This document shows, piece by piece, positions 1 through 14,871 of a stretch of 64,000 nt of DNA. Both the position numbers and the translations under genes were made by a program. The stretch's first letter is position 1. Each line of letters opens with the position of its first letter. The DNA is from Chrysomallon squamiferum (Eukaryota > Animalia > Mollusca), in the NCBI GenBank assembly GCA_012295275.1, contig CM022679.1, positions 6,882,001-6,946,000 on the forward strand. The letters run 5' to 3'. A model generated the notes under the pieces. It was not told where the DNA came from. It worked only from the letters and a program-made list of their open reading frames with translations, and did no database searches.

Positions 1-255
1 ACTGAACGCTGGTTTTAGCCATAGTTAATCTCTGGATTAATACTCCTCGGTATTCCCTTTGCCTTTTTTTTTCCGTTCCAATTAGTAGCCATCAACTCGT
101 GTATGTGTAAATATTTGGCCGTCTATCTATCTATCTAATATGCATGCATATGCATAAAGACAGACAGACAGATAGATAGATTGAATTATTATTGCAGGTT
201 ATTATTGTTTTGAGTTTGTTAGATGTTAAACCATAATGTAAATGCACATGTGCAT

Positions 256-291
<36 letters not shown>

Positions 292-659
292 ATATTCATT
301 CAAATATTTTAGATGAAATATAAATTATACTAAGCTAGTTCAAGTTACAGTCAGATGACTTTCACACAACTTGACACAAGAATAATGTACTATGTAAATT
401 CCTATTATATTATAACATAAGAAACTGTTTCATAATATTTCCATTTTCCCCATTCCATTTGTTTCATACATTCAAGATAAGTACTGTAAAATTTCTTTAC
501 ATGAATCACCATACTGTATATTTAACAAGACGTGGTATTATATCAAATTTTCTGATGTATAGTAATTATAATTATAATATACAGTATATTGACACATACA
601 AAAATATCCTATCTCGTCGGAATGGGCAATAGTGCAGGCGTGGTATGTTTTGAAGAATT

Positions 660-725
660 TCTCTTTCCAACCAGTGCCCCTCGACTCCCATTGTCAAAGT
701 CATGTTAATCTACAATCCTGTCTGT
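660..725 (+). mobile_element. Decayed SINE-like family fragment
   Basis: ttccaaccagtgcccctcgact...atcctgtctgt matches the reverse complement of cactggctggaacgggaaatag at about 21187. Boundaries approximate. Confidence 0.5.
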
Positions 726-1037
726 ATACCCAGTAGACCATATAAACATTTCTATCTCACATTATTGTGCCAATAACCAATTTATAATATGTGTCTTGGT
801 ATCGTTCATACACCAAGCGCTACCCTCCTAAGCCATGTGTCACATTTTCAAGCACATACCAAACTCGTTCAGCTAACGAATGCTAGACGAATAGTTCTGC
901 AGTCAATAAGCTGTGATTATCATGCTTTAATTAGCTGGTAGATACTGAATGAACATCACTGAAGTTAACTGCCAGGTTTGAGCATTGCTTGGTTATCGAC
1001 CCTAGGCCATAATCTGATGACAACGTTTTCAGTTTGA

Positions 1038-1038
<1 letters not shown>

Positions 1039-1090
<52 letters not shown>
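1039..1090. repeat. (AAT)n microsatellite
   Basis: Direct reading. Confidence 0.95.
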
Positions 1091-1091
<1 letters not shown>

Positions 1092-2095
1092 TGTAATCTA
1101 ATAGCAGTGGAAGAAGCAGCACTGTGATGACAGTAATACAGGAGCAGTGTTCATAGATTCCATACTATGAATGATATTTCAAAGAATAAAAAAATCAAAA
1201 TTTGTCAAAATTTCACTATACGGTTTTTTTAATTTACTTTTCTTTTTCAAAAAACGTTCTTATTATTATGACTGAAAATTAAAAAACAAAACTAACGAAC
1301 GAATAAAAAAAAAAATAATAATAATATAATAAAATAAAATAAAACAAAAAATGAATGTAAGGATTTTTTTTTTTTTTTTTTAAATAGGTCATTAATATTT
1401 TGTTTCCAAAAAAGAAATAATGTACAATGAAAATAAATTATAAATTTTTATAATTTTTAACATTTTCCTTTTCTAACGGTTTCTTGTAATTTTATTTCTA
1501 AGTAGCTGAACATGTAATTCATATGGATGAAAATTTAATTTAAATAGCTAGTTGCATTATTTTTAATATTTACGAAATAAATGTATAAATAAATAAATAA
1601 ATAAATACAAACAAACCCTACCAAAAAAAAAAAAAAAAAAAAAAAAAAAAGCAACATACGAAATCTCGAAGATTATAGGAATTATAAATTGTAGGAAAAA
1701 GAAAAACCGAAAGCGATGTAACATGGGTGTTAAGGACAAATATTATATTATAAAGAAATTTAGGATAAAACATTTAGAAGTACGGTCTTGCAATGCAACG
1801 TCAGTGAAAGAAGGAAAAACAGCAAAGACTTAGCAAGCTCTAGGCTGGCATGCCATCGTCTGCTTTAACCCGATTTTCTAAGGCTAAAATGTGCAGAACA
1901 TCTAATCCCGATATTCCCTCGGGCAATTTTTAATTCCCGTCCGGATTTTGTGTGAATCGTTTGTTAATATTCAGTTTGACACATGAATACTGTTTATACA
2001 TGCACAGTCATGGGCAGATGTGCTACGAAACTAATTAATCGTAAACTTCATGGCCCCTAATGCCAGCAGTACGTATAAGCCTCAGAAGCGACTTT

Positions 2096-2180
2096 ATAGT
2101 GCTTAAATTTTTAGGATGACTGAAATAGTGTTTAAATTTTTAGGATGACTGAAATAGTGCTTAAATTTTTAGGATGACTG
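2096..2180. repeat. 29-bp tandem triplication
   Basis: atagtgcttaaatttttaggatgactgaa x3, nearly identical. Confidence 0.95.
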
Positions 2181-2768
2181 TAAAAGTCGAGTCGTTATTA
2201 TAAATTCTTTACGTATTACTGTTTCTAGAAAATTATATTGCAAGGAAGCTTTCAAATAATCAACTGTACGTGAAACTGCAGCTGCTAAAAAAATAAAAAT
2301 GATAAAAATAAAAATGTGGTAAAGTTGTATGCATTCTAATGTATCTAAAATAAAACTTAATGCTGTTGTATTTTCTGGGGGGATTTTCATCATTTTATGA
2401 TATATTTGTTCTCTAATTTTCATCTCTTGTAATTTGAAAACTAAAAGACTTAGGAAACATTTATTCACACCAATGCCTTTGACATAAGAGATACTTAATG
2501 CAGTAATTAATAAACATCTTACGTTCATGGTTTAAAAACAAAAAACAACAACAACAAACAATTAACTTTTGTTGTGATATGTTATGAAAGAACCTCAGTG
2601 AAGAAGACAACAGTGATTAACGTGATCTCGTTCCTGGTTGCCAAGGACCCTCATAACAGTTCAAGATTCATGGCCACCCAAAAAACAACAGCAGCAGCAA
2701 CAGCAACAACAACAACAACAAATAATAATAATAATAATAAATATAAAATGTAATAAAATAAAATAACA

Positions 2769-2811
<43 letters not shown>

Positions 2812-3905
2812 AGTAATAAAATAAAATAAAATGTAATGAAATAAATAAATAATTAAAATAATGAATACGTGGTGAACGAAAGAAATTGTTGCATATAACT
2901 TTGTGCATGCATCGAGGTCAATTTCCTAATCTACTTTTTAATTTATTACTTTCTGAAAATGTAGTTTATTTTGTTAAACGATGCCACTAGAATCAGCAGA
3001 ACTATATATGCACACATATGCAAACACTGACACACACAAACACCAATCAAAAATTGTGTTCCTCTTCTGTGACAATAAGGAATCAGTTGTAGCTTAGTGG
3101 CTGAATCCGGGCATGCACCTTGATTGATCGCATGATCTGTCATTCTCATTACTTCCATTAACTGTTTACCGCTCCTGCGATTAATCCTTGATTGGTTTAT
3201 CAAAGGTTGGGGAATTAAGTTTTACCCTCTGTGGAATGTAAAAGGTTCGCTGAGGTAACCTGTTCGTAACATAACTTTTATTATTAAAAAGTTTTTTTTT
3301 ATCCTCACATTAAGATAGCCTTATTTATTCCAATATAGCGATTTGTTTGTTCATCACAGCCAAAATTAATATCACGCTAACTCTTAATATCATGTAAACT
3401 TCTGCTTTAATTTTCAAATAATTTTTTATTTTTTTATTTTTAAGCTGAAACTTTTAAGAGATTCGAACGATTGTTCATTTTGAAAATATTATTTTACCGA
3501 CGTACTTTGTATTAAAAAAAAATAAATAATAATAGTTAAATGTTTTAAAAACTGCTTTTTTAATTTGCTGAGTAAGTAGGTAATAAAGATTTGTAATTTT
3601 CTTTAAATATTTCGACTACTCGTCTACTCAGATTAACACTGTATAAAGTGTTACTCTATGTACGAACTTAGTCATTCATTTATAATGAAACTGAATAAAG
3701 ATAAAATAATTCAAAATTGTGCAAAGAGATACTCCCTTAAAACAACGTCCACAATAAATAAGTTAGTTACTATGTTAGATGAAACTCCATCTTAGATGTA
3801 TCATCATCGTGTTTTGCTAACAATGGATCTTTAATACCACCTCCTTATCCAGACTCTTCCAAAATGAAAGTATTCATAAAAGATGAAGATATTCGCAGCC
3901 TCCTT

Positions 3906-3906
<1 letters not shown>

Positions 3907-3980
<74 letters not shown>
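3907..3980. repeat. (CA)n(GA)n compound microsatellite
   Basis: Direct reading. Confidence 0.95.
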
Positions 3981-3981
<1 letters not shown>

Positions 3982-4574
3982 ATTTTAATAAATTATGCTC
4001 ATTTAAATGAAAACAAGTGCCATAATTGTTATTACAGATTGTTCTACAGACGGTTGCATCAACGTCTTGCAAAAATAAAATGAATTTCGTTATAATGAGA
4101 AACCCTTGACTCATTGAAACTTTGAAAATAAGATTAAATACACAAATGGAAGCCTTATTTTCAAATCTGATTACCATAAACTACGTCAAACCATGAAGAA
4201 TTGTTCTGCACAATAATTATTATTGCTATCATTTAGAAAGGAAACTAAGGAAACTACTGCTTGCAAGACGCTGTGATATTGAATAATGGTCATGAATGGT
4301 GTGAAATCGTTCCGTTAACAGGCTACTCTCTTTGTCTTCATAATACAATCTGTTTGCAAATTCCGGTGACGCTAAAACGATTAGACTGATAATCGAGACC
4401 GGTGATCCGTCTATTGATTACTTCAGAATATACATTAGCGATTGCGCGAGTATTTATCGAAGTCTCAGGACACAGTTTCTACTGACAACAGTAAATGACT
4501 GTTTTCACTAATTTTCGTCCGCTCTAGCTGACTCAAGAAAATTCTATATCATAGCTAGAATTATTTGAAAAAGA

Positions 4575-4619
<45 letters not shown>

Positions 4620-5796
4620 CCAATATATCAATCTCCATATATTTTTGTTAAAAACAATTTTGCTTTGGGATTAAAACAAGAATTATTTCAAGTTGAAGAA
4701 TTTTTGATTCTGCAAGAAAGGTAAGAATGTTTTAAATGTTTTGTTTTAACCATAAAGCAGGTGAGAATTTGAAATCAATTAAACAGGTAAGAATTTATTT
4801 AATACATGTATAAATATTGAAACATTTGTAAATACATTTTACATAAATTTATTTAAAAATTTTGTAATATCGGAATTTTGTAATATTTTTTTTGAGTATG
4901 CAAAAAGTATGAATTTGTGAACATAACTGTTTTCCGTTTTTGCCTAAAGTGAAAATTTATTTTTTTCTATATTTTCTTCATAATTTTGTATGCTATCATT
5001 TATTATAAACCATATTTTATCAATTAATGTTACTAGTATTACTATCCGCTAATACTCCTACTTCTGCTCCTGCTATTACTATTACTTTACTGCGTGACAC
5101 TATTCTTTACACGTAGATACACATATTTATTAATAAATATCGGTGGTATCATGTTTAGTAATGTTAGATATATAATTTGTAATCCTACTGTTTTCCATAT
5201 TTTTTATAAATAAAAACAAACAGAATGAAATAAAAATAAAGAGAAAACGCGATGACTATATATAGAAAGAGAAAAAGAAAATAGCTATGATGAGCCATGT
5301 CCAGAGCGGAAGCAAGAATTTTAATAATATCAGTTTGAAAATTATTTATTAGGAAAAGGTTTAGGATGCAAACATTCTTCCTAAATATAAAAGATTTAAG
5401 CAGACAGTAACCACACCCTTACGTAACTGACTCCCAGAATATCTATTTAATGACATTTGAAAACATTAAACAAATGTGTATAATCTCGATTTTGAATGTC
5501 GCAGTCAGCAAAAGACGTATCATCAAACATCTCACATTATAGCCTCCAGACTTGGCATGAATTAACAGTCCTATTAGCTGTAATCTAGCAGACGATGACC
5601 ATTTTCAGTCATCTAGATAAGTTAATACATTTTGATCCTTTTATACGAAAAAAATTACTGTGGGTTATAAATACAGCAACGCTTAAAATAGACAAAACCG
5701 TAGCTTAATCATGAACACATAGCAGAGATATATACGTTATAAAGCTGTTTAATCTACGATTATTTTTTTATTTTTTGATCTCTTATTTTTCTTCTT

Positions 5797-5884
5797 CTAC
5801 TACTGCTACTACTACTATTACTATTACTATTACCACTGCTATTACCACCAGTGCCCCTACTATTACAACTACTACTGCTACTGC

Positions 5885-5966
<82 letters not shown>
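5797..5966. repeat. Degenerate (ACT)n grading into pure (ATT)n
   Basis: Direct reading. Confidence 0.9.
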
Positions 5967-6551
5967 GTACTGGTATTGTATCGGTAAGGTTCATAAATTT
6001 GTAAGGTGACAGTATATGTTATATGTGAATAATTTTTATGAGTGCTAAGGGTTTACAAGCCCATTTTTATGCTACAGAAAACAGGATCTTTTTCATGCTT
6101 AAAAAAAAAAAATATAACTAATAATTTGTTGGTTCTTGTATCAATAATTCCAGAATAACAGTCAAAAAGAAAAACTCATTTAACTCTTTGTTTTTTAATA
6201 TAATTATTTTATAAAATATAATAAATAATAATTGATAGCTGCACGAAAGCTTATGCAAAGTATTCTTTTCGACTACATAACCAAACCGACACATCTTATT
6301 TTTCTGTTTTTCAATTAATTACATATTTTATGTATGACATATCACCCCATTTCTAATTCATTATATCTTAAACGGAGCAGCAGCATTTGTAGTTAACAGA
6401 ATTAATTTAATTTTTGTTCATGTAACATAACGTTATAATGAGGATATATCCGTAGTCGTCTAGGACAGTCGACAGTCCATCAATTATACTGAATATTAAA
6501 ACTTAAAATTGATATTACATTTTGATTATTAAATCGATGTTTAACTTTACG

Positions 6552-6662
<111 letters not shown>

Positions 6663-8372
6663 AACGAAACATACACATACAACTAGGCCTACTTAAATCA
6701 ACTGTTAATACTGTAGGCTAATATTACTGCACAGTTTTCAGAGTAATTATCTTTCATCTGTTGGCCATTTTTTTTTTTTTTTTTTTCAGGCTCTTTTTGA
6801 TTATCATAAAATGTATAGGCAAGACGACAGAAATTTAGCTCATCATGCTACAGAGCTATTATTCATATATTCAAATATGGATTAGTTTCTTGACACTAAA
6901 AATAATAGTATGGGTATTGAATCATCTTTAGATAACGGTTTTAGTATCATTCTTGAGGGAACCAATCTAATAATATATGGTAACTGTCTGAGTTTATATT
7001 ACAGTACGCTAGACTTAAATATTTGCTTATTGCAACAATGACAACAAAATGTTCAGAAGATACATGATACATAATTACTGCTTGCTATTCTTATTCATAG
7101 AGTAATAAACGTGTGGCTTTTATTATCAGTTTTGTGGCTAGGGCTAATTGCTGAAGGATATTTAAACTCTTCAGAAATAGTTTCCAAAAAGCTACGCAAA
7201 TCTTTCTGATATGGCTATCGTAAATGAAAAGATATCTAAAAAATACTAGTGTATAGCTCGAGGATACTGAAGTGACAAAAACAACAGCTCGGTGTTTGTG
7301 ATTTTGTCGAGGACATTTTATTTTTTCAAAAGTGAAAGATATTTTGATCATGGATCTTTGCAGATCTTTTGACATTTAAAATAATATTTCAAAACCAAAT
7401 GACGAATATTAATACGTATTTTGTACATTCACCAATGTTTTAAACAATGAAACATGGTATTGGGGTCAGCTTTTACAAAAGAAGCTTACTCTTTCTCACT
7501 TTTCACTGGAACATTTTGGGAAATGGTCCCGGCATACAAATAGATATTTATTTTTTATTTTTTTATTTTTTATTTTATTTTATTTTATTTTTTTAATGAG
7601 AGTAACAGAGAGGGGAAACGAAAAAGGAAAAGAGTCTGTACTTTTTGAATAATTATACACTATACATAATAAACAGTCTTAATTAATACAAAGAAAAGGT
7701 TTTAAGTAATGATAAAAACTTTCTTCGTCATTTTTTTTTTCCATTTTGTAGATACATTAAGTATATATTAATTCTTACACTGTTTTTACTTTTAAATATA
7801 TTATTGTGGTATCATTTCTATGAATTCTGTTTTTTTTTAAATCCACTTAAAAGAGTAGTTTCTTATCCTTTTCCTTTTTCTTAATTTTTTTTTTTTATAA
7901 TTTTATAAATATATATATATTTGTACCTCATGGCTCTGGTTGGTCTACTAGAAATATTTTTGACTGAGAATCATTATCGATAAGACATTCAAATCAAATA
8001 GAGACTACTATATTGCGAAAATACCAATCATTCTGTGGAATTATGTAGTGGATCGTTTTATATACAATAGCTTAAACTTCCGGAGACGAACAACCGTGTT
8101 GTGATAGTAAAATTTCCAATATGGTCACAAACTAGATGTAAGTGGTAAAATTATCTTCAAGAAAAATTAGAAACAAGAAAAAGAAATAATGAAAATATAA
8201 AACGAGCAATTTTATAAAAAATATTTTATCCTTTTTCCATCTGTATTTATGATTTATCTATATATACTGTTACTTTAAACTTTCGTTCGTTTAAACACAA
8301 ATATACTTGTATATTTCATATTATATATATATATATATATATATATGATACATTTGTCTGTATATGTGGTAC

Positions 8373-8483
<111 letters not shown>

Positions 8484-8734
8484 TAGGTACGTTATAACCC
8501 ATTTATACAAACATAAACCCCCTAAAACTAATTACTGTTCTTTACTTTTTAATAACGTTTCCAAAGACCGCTGGGGATATTTATTCATCTTGTAAGTTCA
8601 GCCATCATTAGAAAGCATTAAAGACGACCCTTCTTAAGAAATAAAGAATGTTTGCACGAGCTCGCCAAAGGCTTCATACATGGAAGCTTGATGCACCAAT
8701 AAGTGTTCGCGACAAATTACTCCCCATTGTCAAC

Positions 8735-8900
8735 AAATAGATAGGTGAGTGCAGGCATGAAACGTGATGGATCGGAGGATCAATCCTCATTGGTACTTTC
8801 ATTGGTCTATTTCCCGTTTCCAGGTGAACAACGATTAATTTATTTAAGATTGTTGCATGTATTTTCTTGTCTCTGAGAAGATATATAAAAAAGCTCTAGT
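8735..8900 (+). mobile_element. Decayed tRNA-headed SINE-like copy
   Basis: ggatcaatcc B-box-like segment, then attggtctatttcccgtttccag (shared with the 21.2 kb copy, reverse complement) and gaagatatataaaaaagctct (shared core). Boundaries approximate. Confidence 0.55.
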
Positions 8901-10036
8901 AATAATCGATAAAAGTAACTCATATTCTCCTATTTTGTAATATCGTCTTTATTCGGAAAAACAGCTGTTAATATTAAAATGACGAGCTGTTCCTCAACAA
9001 TTATCCAGTTAGAAAAAAAAACAAAAAAACAACTAATACTACTAATAATAGCAAGAACAACAAAAACAACAACAACAGCAACAACAACAACAATAATAAT
9101 ATTAATACTGATAAAATCTTCACAATGCGAACACTGAAAATTTGAGAAAACCTTTTCTTATTTCTAACTAAAATATGATGATTTGAAAACAGAGTTTGAA
9201 TATTCTTGTTCATATCCGAAGAGGAAAGTATGTCATTACCAAAGGCTACCTTTCCTCAAGAAAAGATTATTTTAATGTCAGATCTTGATACCAAAGAGAT
9301 GTCGCATCACTACATCTTGTTTACATATTCTTGAGTACCATTTAATTCATCGGCAAAAGAAGAAACGATTTCCCCTGAAAAATAGAAAAATATCAAAGTT
9401 CGTATTAAATGTCACAGACTATATTGTTATGCACAGAAGATGCGAAGGTACTTGGAATTTTAAAGGCTGTCCTACATTTAATGTTCTCTTACAATAAGCC
9501 GTAACAAATTAAATTAATTAAGAAAATGAAATTTTATATATATATATATATATAAAGAAAATGAAATTTTATATATGTATGTATATATATAAGATTTAAT
9601 TTTTTTAATTATATATATACGTTTTGAGGATTTGTTGTTAGCTCTGGAGATTAATGTATAACCCAGATTCCTCGCACAGTAAAGATAAAAATTAAAAAAG
9701 ATAGCCGTCAACTGTTATTCAAATTGGGGAAATCATTGCATTATAACTCAGTGTCTTTTGGCAAACACAGAAAAAACTAAAAAAAACTAAGAAAGGATTA
9801 AAAAAAGAAAACAAGGATAGCAACAAGGAAAAAAAAAATTATAGCATAAAATCGAAAAAACTGATGCTACTTATCTTTTTTTTTTTCTTCATTTGGAAAA
9901 TCAGTTTACAGCTACGAAGACGTTCAGAATATATTTAAAGACAAAAAAGCAACACTGCAGTAATCTTTTGGCTAACTCTTTTAATATTTACATATTTATG
10001 GTTATTAACTTTTTAAATCATTATTATGTTAAATGA

Positions 10037-10190
<154 letters not shown>

Positions 10191-13018
10191 TTTTAATCAT
10201 ACTTTTCAATGACAAATTATGAATGTTGATTTCATTGTGAGAAAGAAAGTAATTTCATTTTGCCTTTTGAAACACATTTTTGACTTTTGTAATTTTTGTC
10301 CAGTCTGTAAAATGTTAATTACCATTTTATTATTATTTGGTATTCTTTTATACGGATAGGATTAGAATTAGAAATGTTTAATTCTTAACGCAGACAATTT
10401 TAATAATGTTGATTTATGATTTCTATAATTTTTCTTCTAGAAAACACAAAATATATAAACTAATTTAATACGTTATAAAAGTATAAAAAGAAAAACTAGG
10501 ATTTTCATGAAGTAATATTGTTAGACTTTCTAATATTTCTTTGTCCTCGTTTGCTTATATTTGAGTTATTAATCATTTACGTATATTTGGAATATACTTG
10601 CTATTTTCAGATTAATCTCTTTTTTATTATTACATTTTCTTTCTTCATTCTCAAACAGAAATAGAACTGGCATACAACTGACATTTATAAAGATGTGTCA
10701 AATGTAGCATCGACCTTTTATCACTTATCTGATTACCTTTGATTTTAGTATTTATTCAAGGCATACTTTCAGAACAGCAAGAACAATTTGCAACTTCCTT
10801 TAACGTAATTACCGAGAGATGGTATAAAAAATAAAGTGATTTGATGTTGCGAAAGTGGAAACACTTCAGATCACGACTATAAAGAAATGCAGATTAAAAT
10901 TCGACACAGTCGCTTCTCTTGAGTCAGGATGGTTGAGATATACACTAAACTCTTAAATACACAGTTTCTTCTGATTATAAGTAAACAATTATCTTCTGTA
11001 ATTATACAGCATTAAAATTATTTTTCAAATAAATAAACACGAAAATTAAAATGTAGCTGAATATGAAGAGATGAGGTGCAAAATGAAACTCTTAAAAACG
11101 AATGTTCACCTATTTCACTTCCTAGCCATGGAGTGTGCCTTAACCTCTACGTATTTTGATACATGGATAGAAGGCAACATATTTTTCTCTTTGTATCATC
11201 AGTTACTGACACTTTATAATCTTTAATATTAAAAGAAATTATTGAGATATCATTAAACATTCCTTTATTAAGTGTAAAAACTAGACTTATTTACTGAGAT
11301 ACATTCAGAATTATTTTTATTTATTATATTTATTTTTTTATTATATTATTTATTTTTTTTACTTTTTATTTTTTTATTTTTGTCATTTACTTGAGTTATT
11401 TACAATCGCTTGAACATCACCATGGTGACGACAAACCTTAGATCATCATTATAATTCAGTTACTTTCTGTTTGTTGACAAAAATACGAATAATTTGTCTC
11501 GTCCCCGATTTGAGGAGTAAATTTTTCAGTGAATCGAGTCTTTGGCTTGCTTAGGCAAATATTCTTAATTTTATTACGAAGGTTCATCAGAAAAAAATTT
11601 CACCAATTCGTGTCATGTGATTATCACTCACTCTCTCTCTCTTTTGTCACCCCAAAAATCTTTCTAACATAGTTTCTACATTGATTCGCGGGCTTTAAGA
11701 TTCAAGCACAAGACACCGTAGAGAAATAAGTTAAGTTAGTCTAAATGTACCACCTAGGATGAGCTAAATTATCTGTTTATTTCATTTGAAGTAATGTTAT
11801 CGATCATAACCTGGTAGGACGTGACGATGTCAGCGTATGTGGACTCAACAATTTAATTAAACGTAATGCGCACTCCGCCATGCTGTGTCGCAAACAAAGG
11901 AATCAGCGCCTTTAATATGCTGGTTACCGATCGAAAACATTATCAAATTCAGTTAAATAAGTTATTTACACATACACACATACTAGTGATAAGATGACAT
12001 TACGCTAGTATTGAATTTTGACGAGGACTGTCTTTTATTTTTTATTTTTTAAGGCATGTGACACTGTAACCTAGATACACAGTCTGGTTTGAGTTTGCAG
12101 TGCCACATCTTGAGATTAGTAAGAAATATGCAAATATTCGTGCTTATATCCGGTGATGATGATAATAATAATAATGTTCATACTCTTAACAATATTTTTT
12201 TATGTTAACAAAACAAAAATAAAATATGATGATGGTGATAAGAAGAAAAGAAAAAGAACAATATAAATAAAAACAGTATAGCGATAACAAAGAACTAAAA
12301 ACCACAAGTAAATGTTGAAAACAATGAATTTTCAGCTGTTTGTGGCGCAGTGGGTAAACAATCAAAACAAAGGAAGTGATCATGTAACACATTAATATCA
12401 ATGTCTGCAGCTTCGTGGTTGTAAATGATCTACTGTAGCGATTCTTGCATTTGGTCATTTACTGAATATTACAGCCTTTTCTCTTTCCTCGATTAATGTG
12501 TAATAAATACCCAATTTCAAAGTAGGTAGCATTTCTATGTGAGCTGGTGTACATAATGATATTTCTCACAGTTTTCTAGTTTAGCTCATTGATACAGTTC
12601 TGGTTGCCAATTTTCGATTGTTGAATTGACCTGACAAGTGATAATGGCCTTTCACAGATTTCCGGTTACCAGCTCTCTTTTCGACAGCTCATCTGTACTC
12701 TATCCAACTAGTTTTTAACACCAGATCTCGCCAATTGTCGTAACCCAGTGATTTCACTTTGCTCATTTCCGGTACCGTGCTATAAATCTCCGAAGAATGT
12801 CGAAAACAGGACGACAACTATTATAAGTGTAAAGTTGTACTGACGAAGATTTTTAACAAGCATCACATAAAAAGAAATTAACCTAGTGCCTTGTTAATTC
12901 TACGACATTGCTGACATAATACTGAATTCAGGAGATCAAATCAATTATTAATAGCGTATGTGTATATGCATTTAAATTAATTTATATCATAAATTGAGGT
13001 TTATCTGGATTTTATTTA

Positions 13019-13248
13019 CAAGTTGAGGATCACTTATTCGAAATTCCGAAACCTGTAAAGATCCGAATTCTGAAAATGTTTTCAGTCAGCAGAAATAGCG
13101 ATATCTTACAGTTTTCGGATTATACTGCATTCATATACACAAAAAATCCTGCAGACTGTTTGTATCAGTTGTAGATGAAATATAAATGAATTTAAATTTA
13201 GACTTAGATCCTATCCTCAGGCTATTCGGATAAAGGATTTTCAACCTG
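13019..13248. mobile_element. Non-autonomous Tc1/mariner-pogo (Tigger4/Zombi/MER46-like) MITE, 230 bp
   Basis: Left end TA-caagttgaggatcacttattcgaa versus reverse complement of right end TA-caggttgaaaatcctttatccgaa (20/26 identical). TA on both sides (13017-18, 13249-50). Subterminal tccgaa/ttcgga repeats. Confidence 0.8.
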
Positions 13249-14837
13249 TATTTATTAATAAATATTACTATTATTATTTTGATAACCACAATTATCTTTG
13301 TATATTCGGATTTACTTCAAACCCCGAAGAGGACAACGTTTCGATTAAGGAGACAAATTGTCGAATAACTGTGAGAGAAAAGTTGTTACTCAGATGTATG
13401 CTTTTTGATTAGATACAGTTACGAATAACTGCATTTTCATGTATAAGCACTTAATGTATTCATACGGAGAGACAGACAGATATAAAGAAATACACACATA
13501 CAATCATATCCAAAAGTGTAAATTCAGTCCTGTGTATGTACAGTATCAAATACATTATATATTTTTGTATATTAAGTAACATCACAAATAAACTAAAATA
13601 TCAAATTCATAAATTCTCACTGATATGTTATATTATTATCACATTTAATTATTTGCAGAGGCTCTTATGTAGCAGAAATAAATCCACATACTACAAAAAC
13701 TGATATTTCAGTATTTCTTTGGTCGTTCTATGTTTAGTCCCATCAAATTGATTAACACTTCCTTCTCCGTTAGTTTGTTTTTGAATCAGTCATTTTGGAT
13801 TTCTGTCCGTTTAGATTTATTTGCGTTGTCATTCGTTCGTTCATTCCTATACCTATCGATCTTCACATTAATGAGATAGTCTGCATGACACAAGCAACTC
13901 GATTGTATATAATTATTATACTGGTAAACTTTAACAGGAAAATTAGGAGCCAAAGCAAAGATATAACCAATATTGAATAGCTGTCAAATTCTATGCTGAC
14001 ATGTAGCATTACAGTCTTTCTTAAAAGCTTTCTTCAATTATTTGCCATCGAGGCATTTTGCAAGATATTCCTTTTTAACCCCGGGACCTTCTATCCATAA
14101 TTTTCCTATCTGTGAACTGACTGCACATTTAAATGGTGTCTAATAATGTCTTGTGTTTTTTAAACTGTTTATTTATTTGTTTTTCTTCCACACTTTTTTA
14201 TATTTTATTACATATCTTTATATATATATATTATGTTATCGGAACAAAATTGCTGAATTTTGTCATCACAAGCTGGAATAAACTCGTTTTACATATAAGA
14301 TAGAGGTCTCAAATTGAAACATGCTAAAATGATTCCTGATATATCTGTTTACGTTTCTTGGGTATAATAATTATATATACGTATTCACGTATACGTATAA
14401 GAAATGGCAGCTTTTGTGCCATTTATTTATACACAGTTGTTCACAAGCTTTTGACGTTGTTGTTCTCTTCTCGTTTATAGTTTATTTTAAAGAAAAATAG
14501 GTTACTGGGGAAAACATTACATTGTTTAGATAATAAATAAATAAACAAACCAACATATAATAATCGCATATGAAATGATAACATGCAGTTATAATTTTGT
14601 TAATTATATTTAATATAGTTATTTATAAAATGAAAATGTGATTAACATACAATTATTGCTTTTTTATCACTAACAATTATATAATCAATAAAGTATAGTA
14701 AAACGAATGTCCGATCGTTTTTTAAAATTATTTATTTATTTATTATTATTATTATTTTTTTTTTTTTTAATATATTGCAGAAGTTGTGAACGAATGAGTA
14801 ATAATAATAATAATAAAAGTTTAAATTATTATTAAAC

Positions 14838-14871
<34 letters not shown>

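Noticed and set aside
4569-4720. Open frame ...FALGLKQELFQVEEFLILQE-ag|GT in phase with PKG exon 2 (alternative N-terminal exon?)
   Set aside because: No in-frame ATG after the TGA at 4566-4568, no convincing acceptor and no pseudosubstrate motif.
8741-8750. Consensus donor AG|GTGAGT at 8745
   Set aside because: Lies in the head of a decayed SINE-like copy; the frame compatible with PKG exon 2 is closed by TGA at 8689-8691 with no later ATG.
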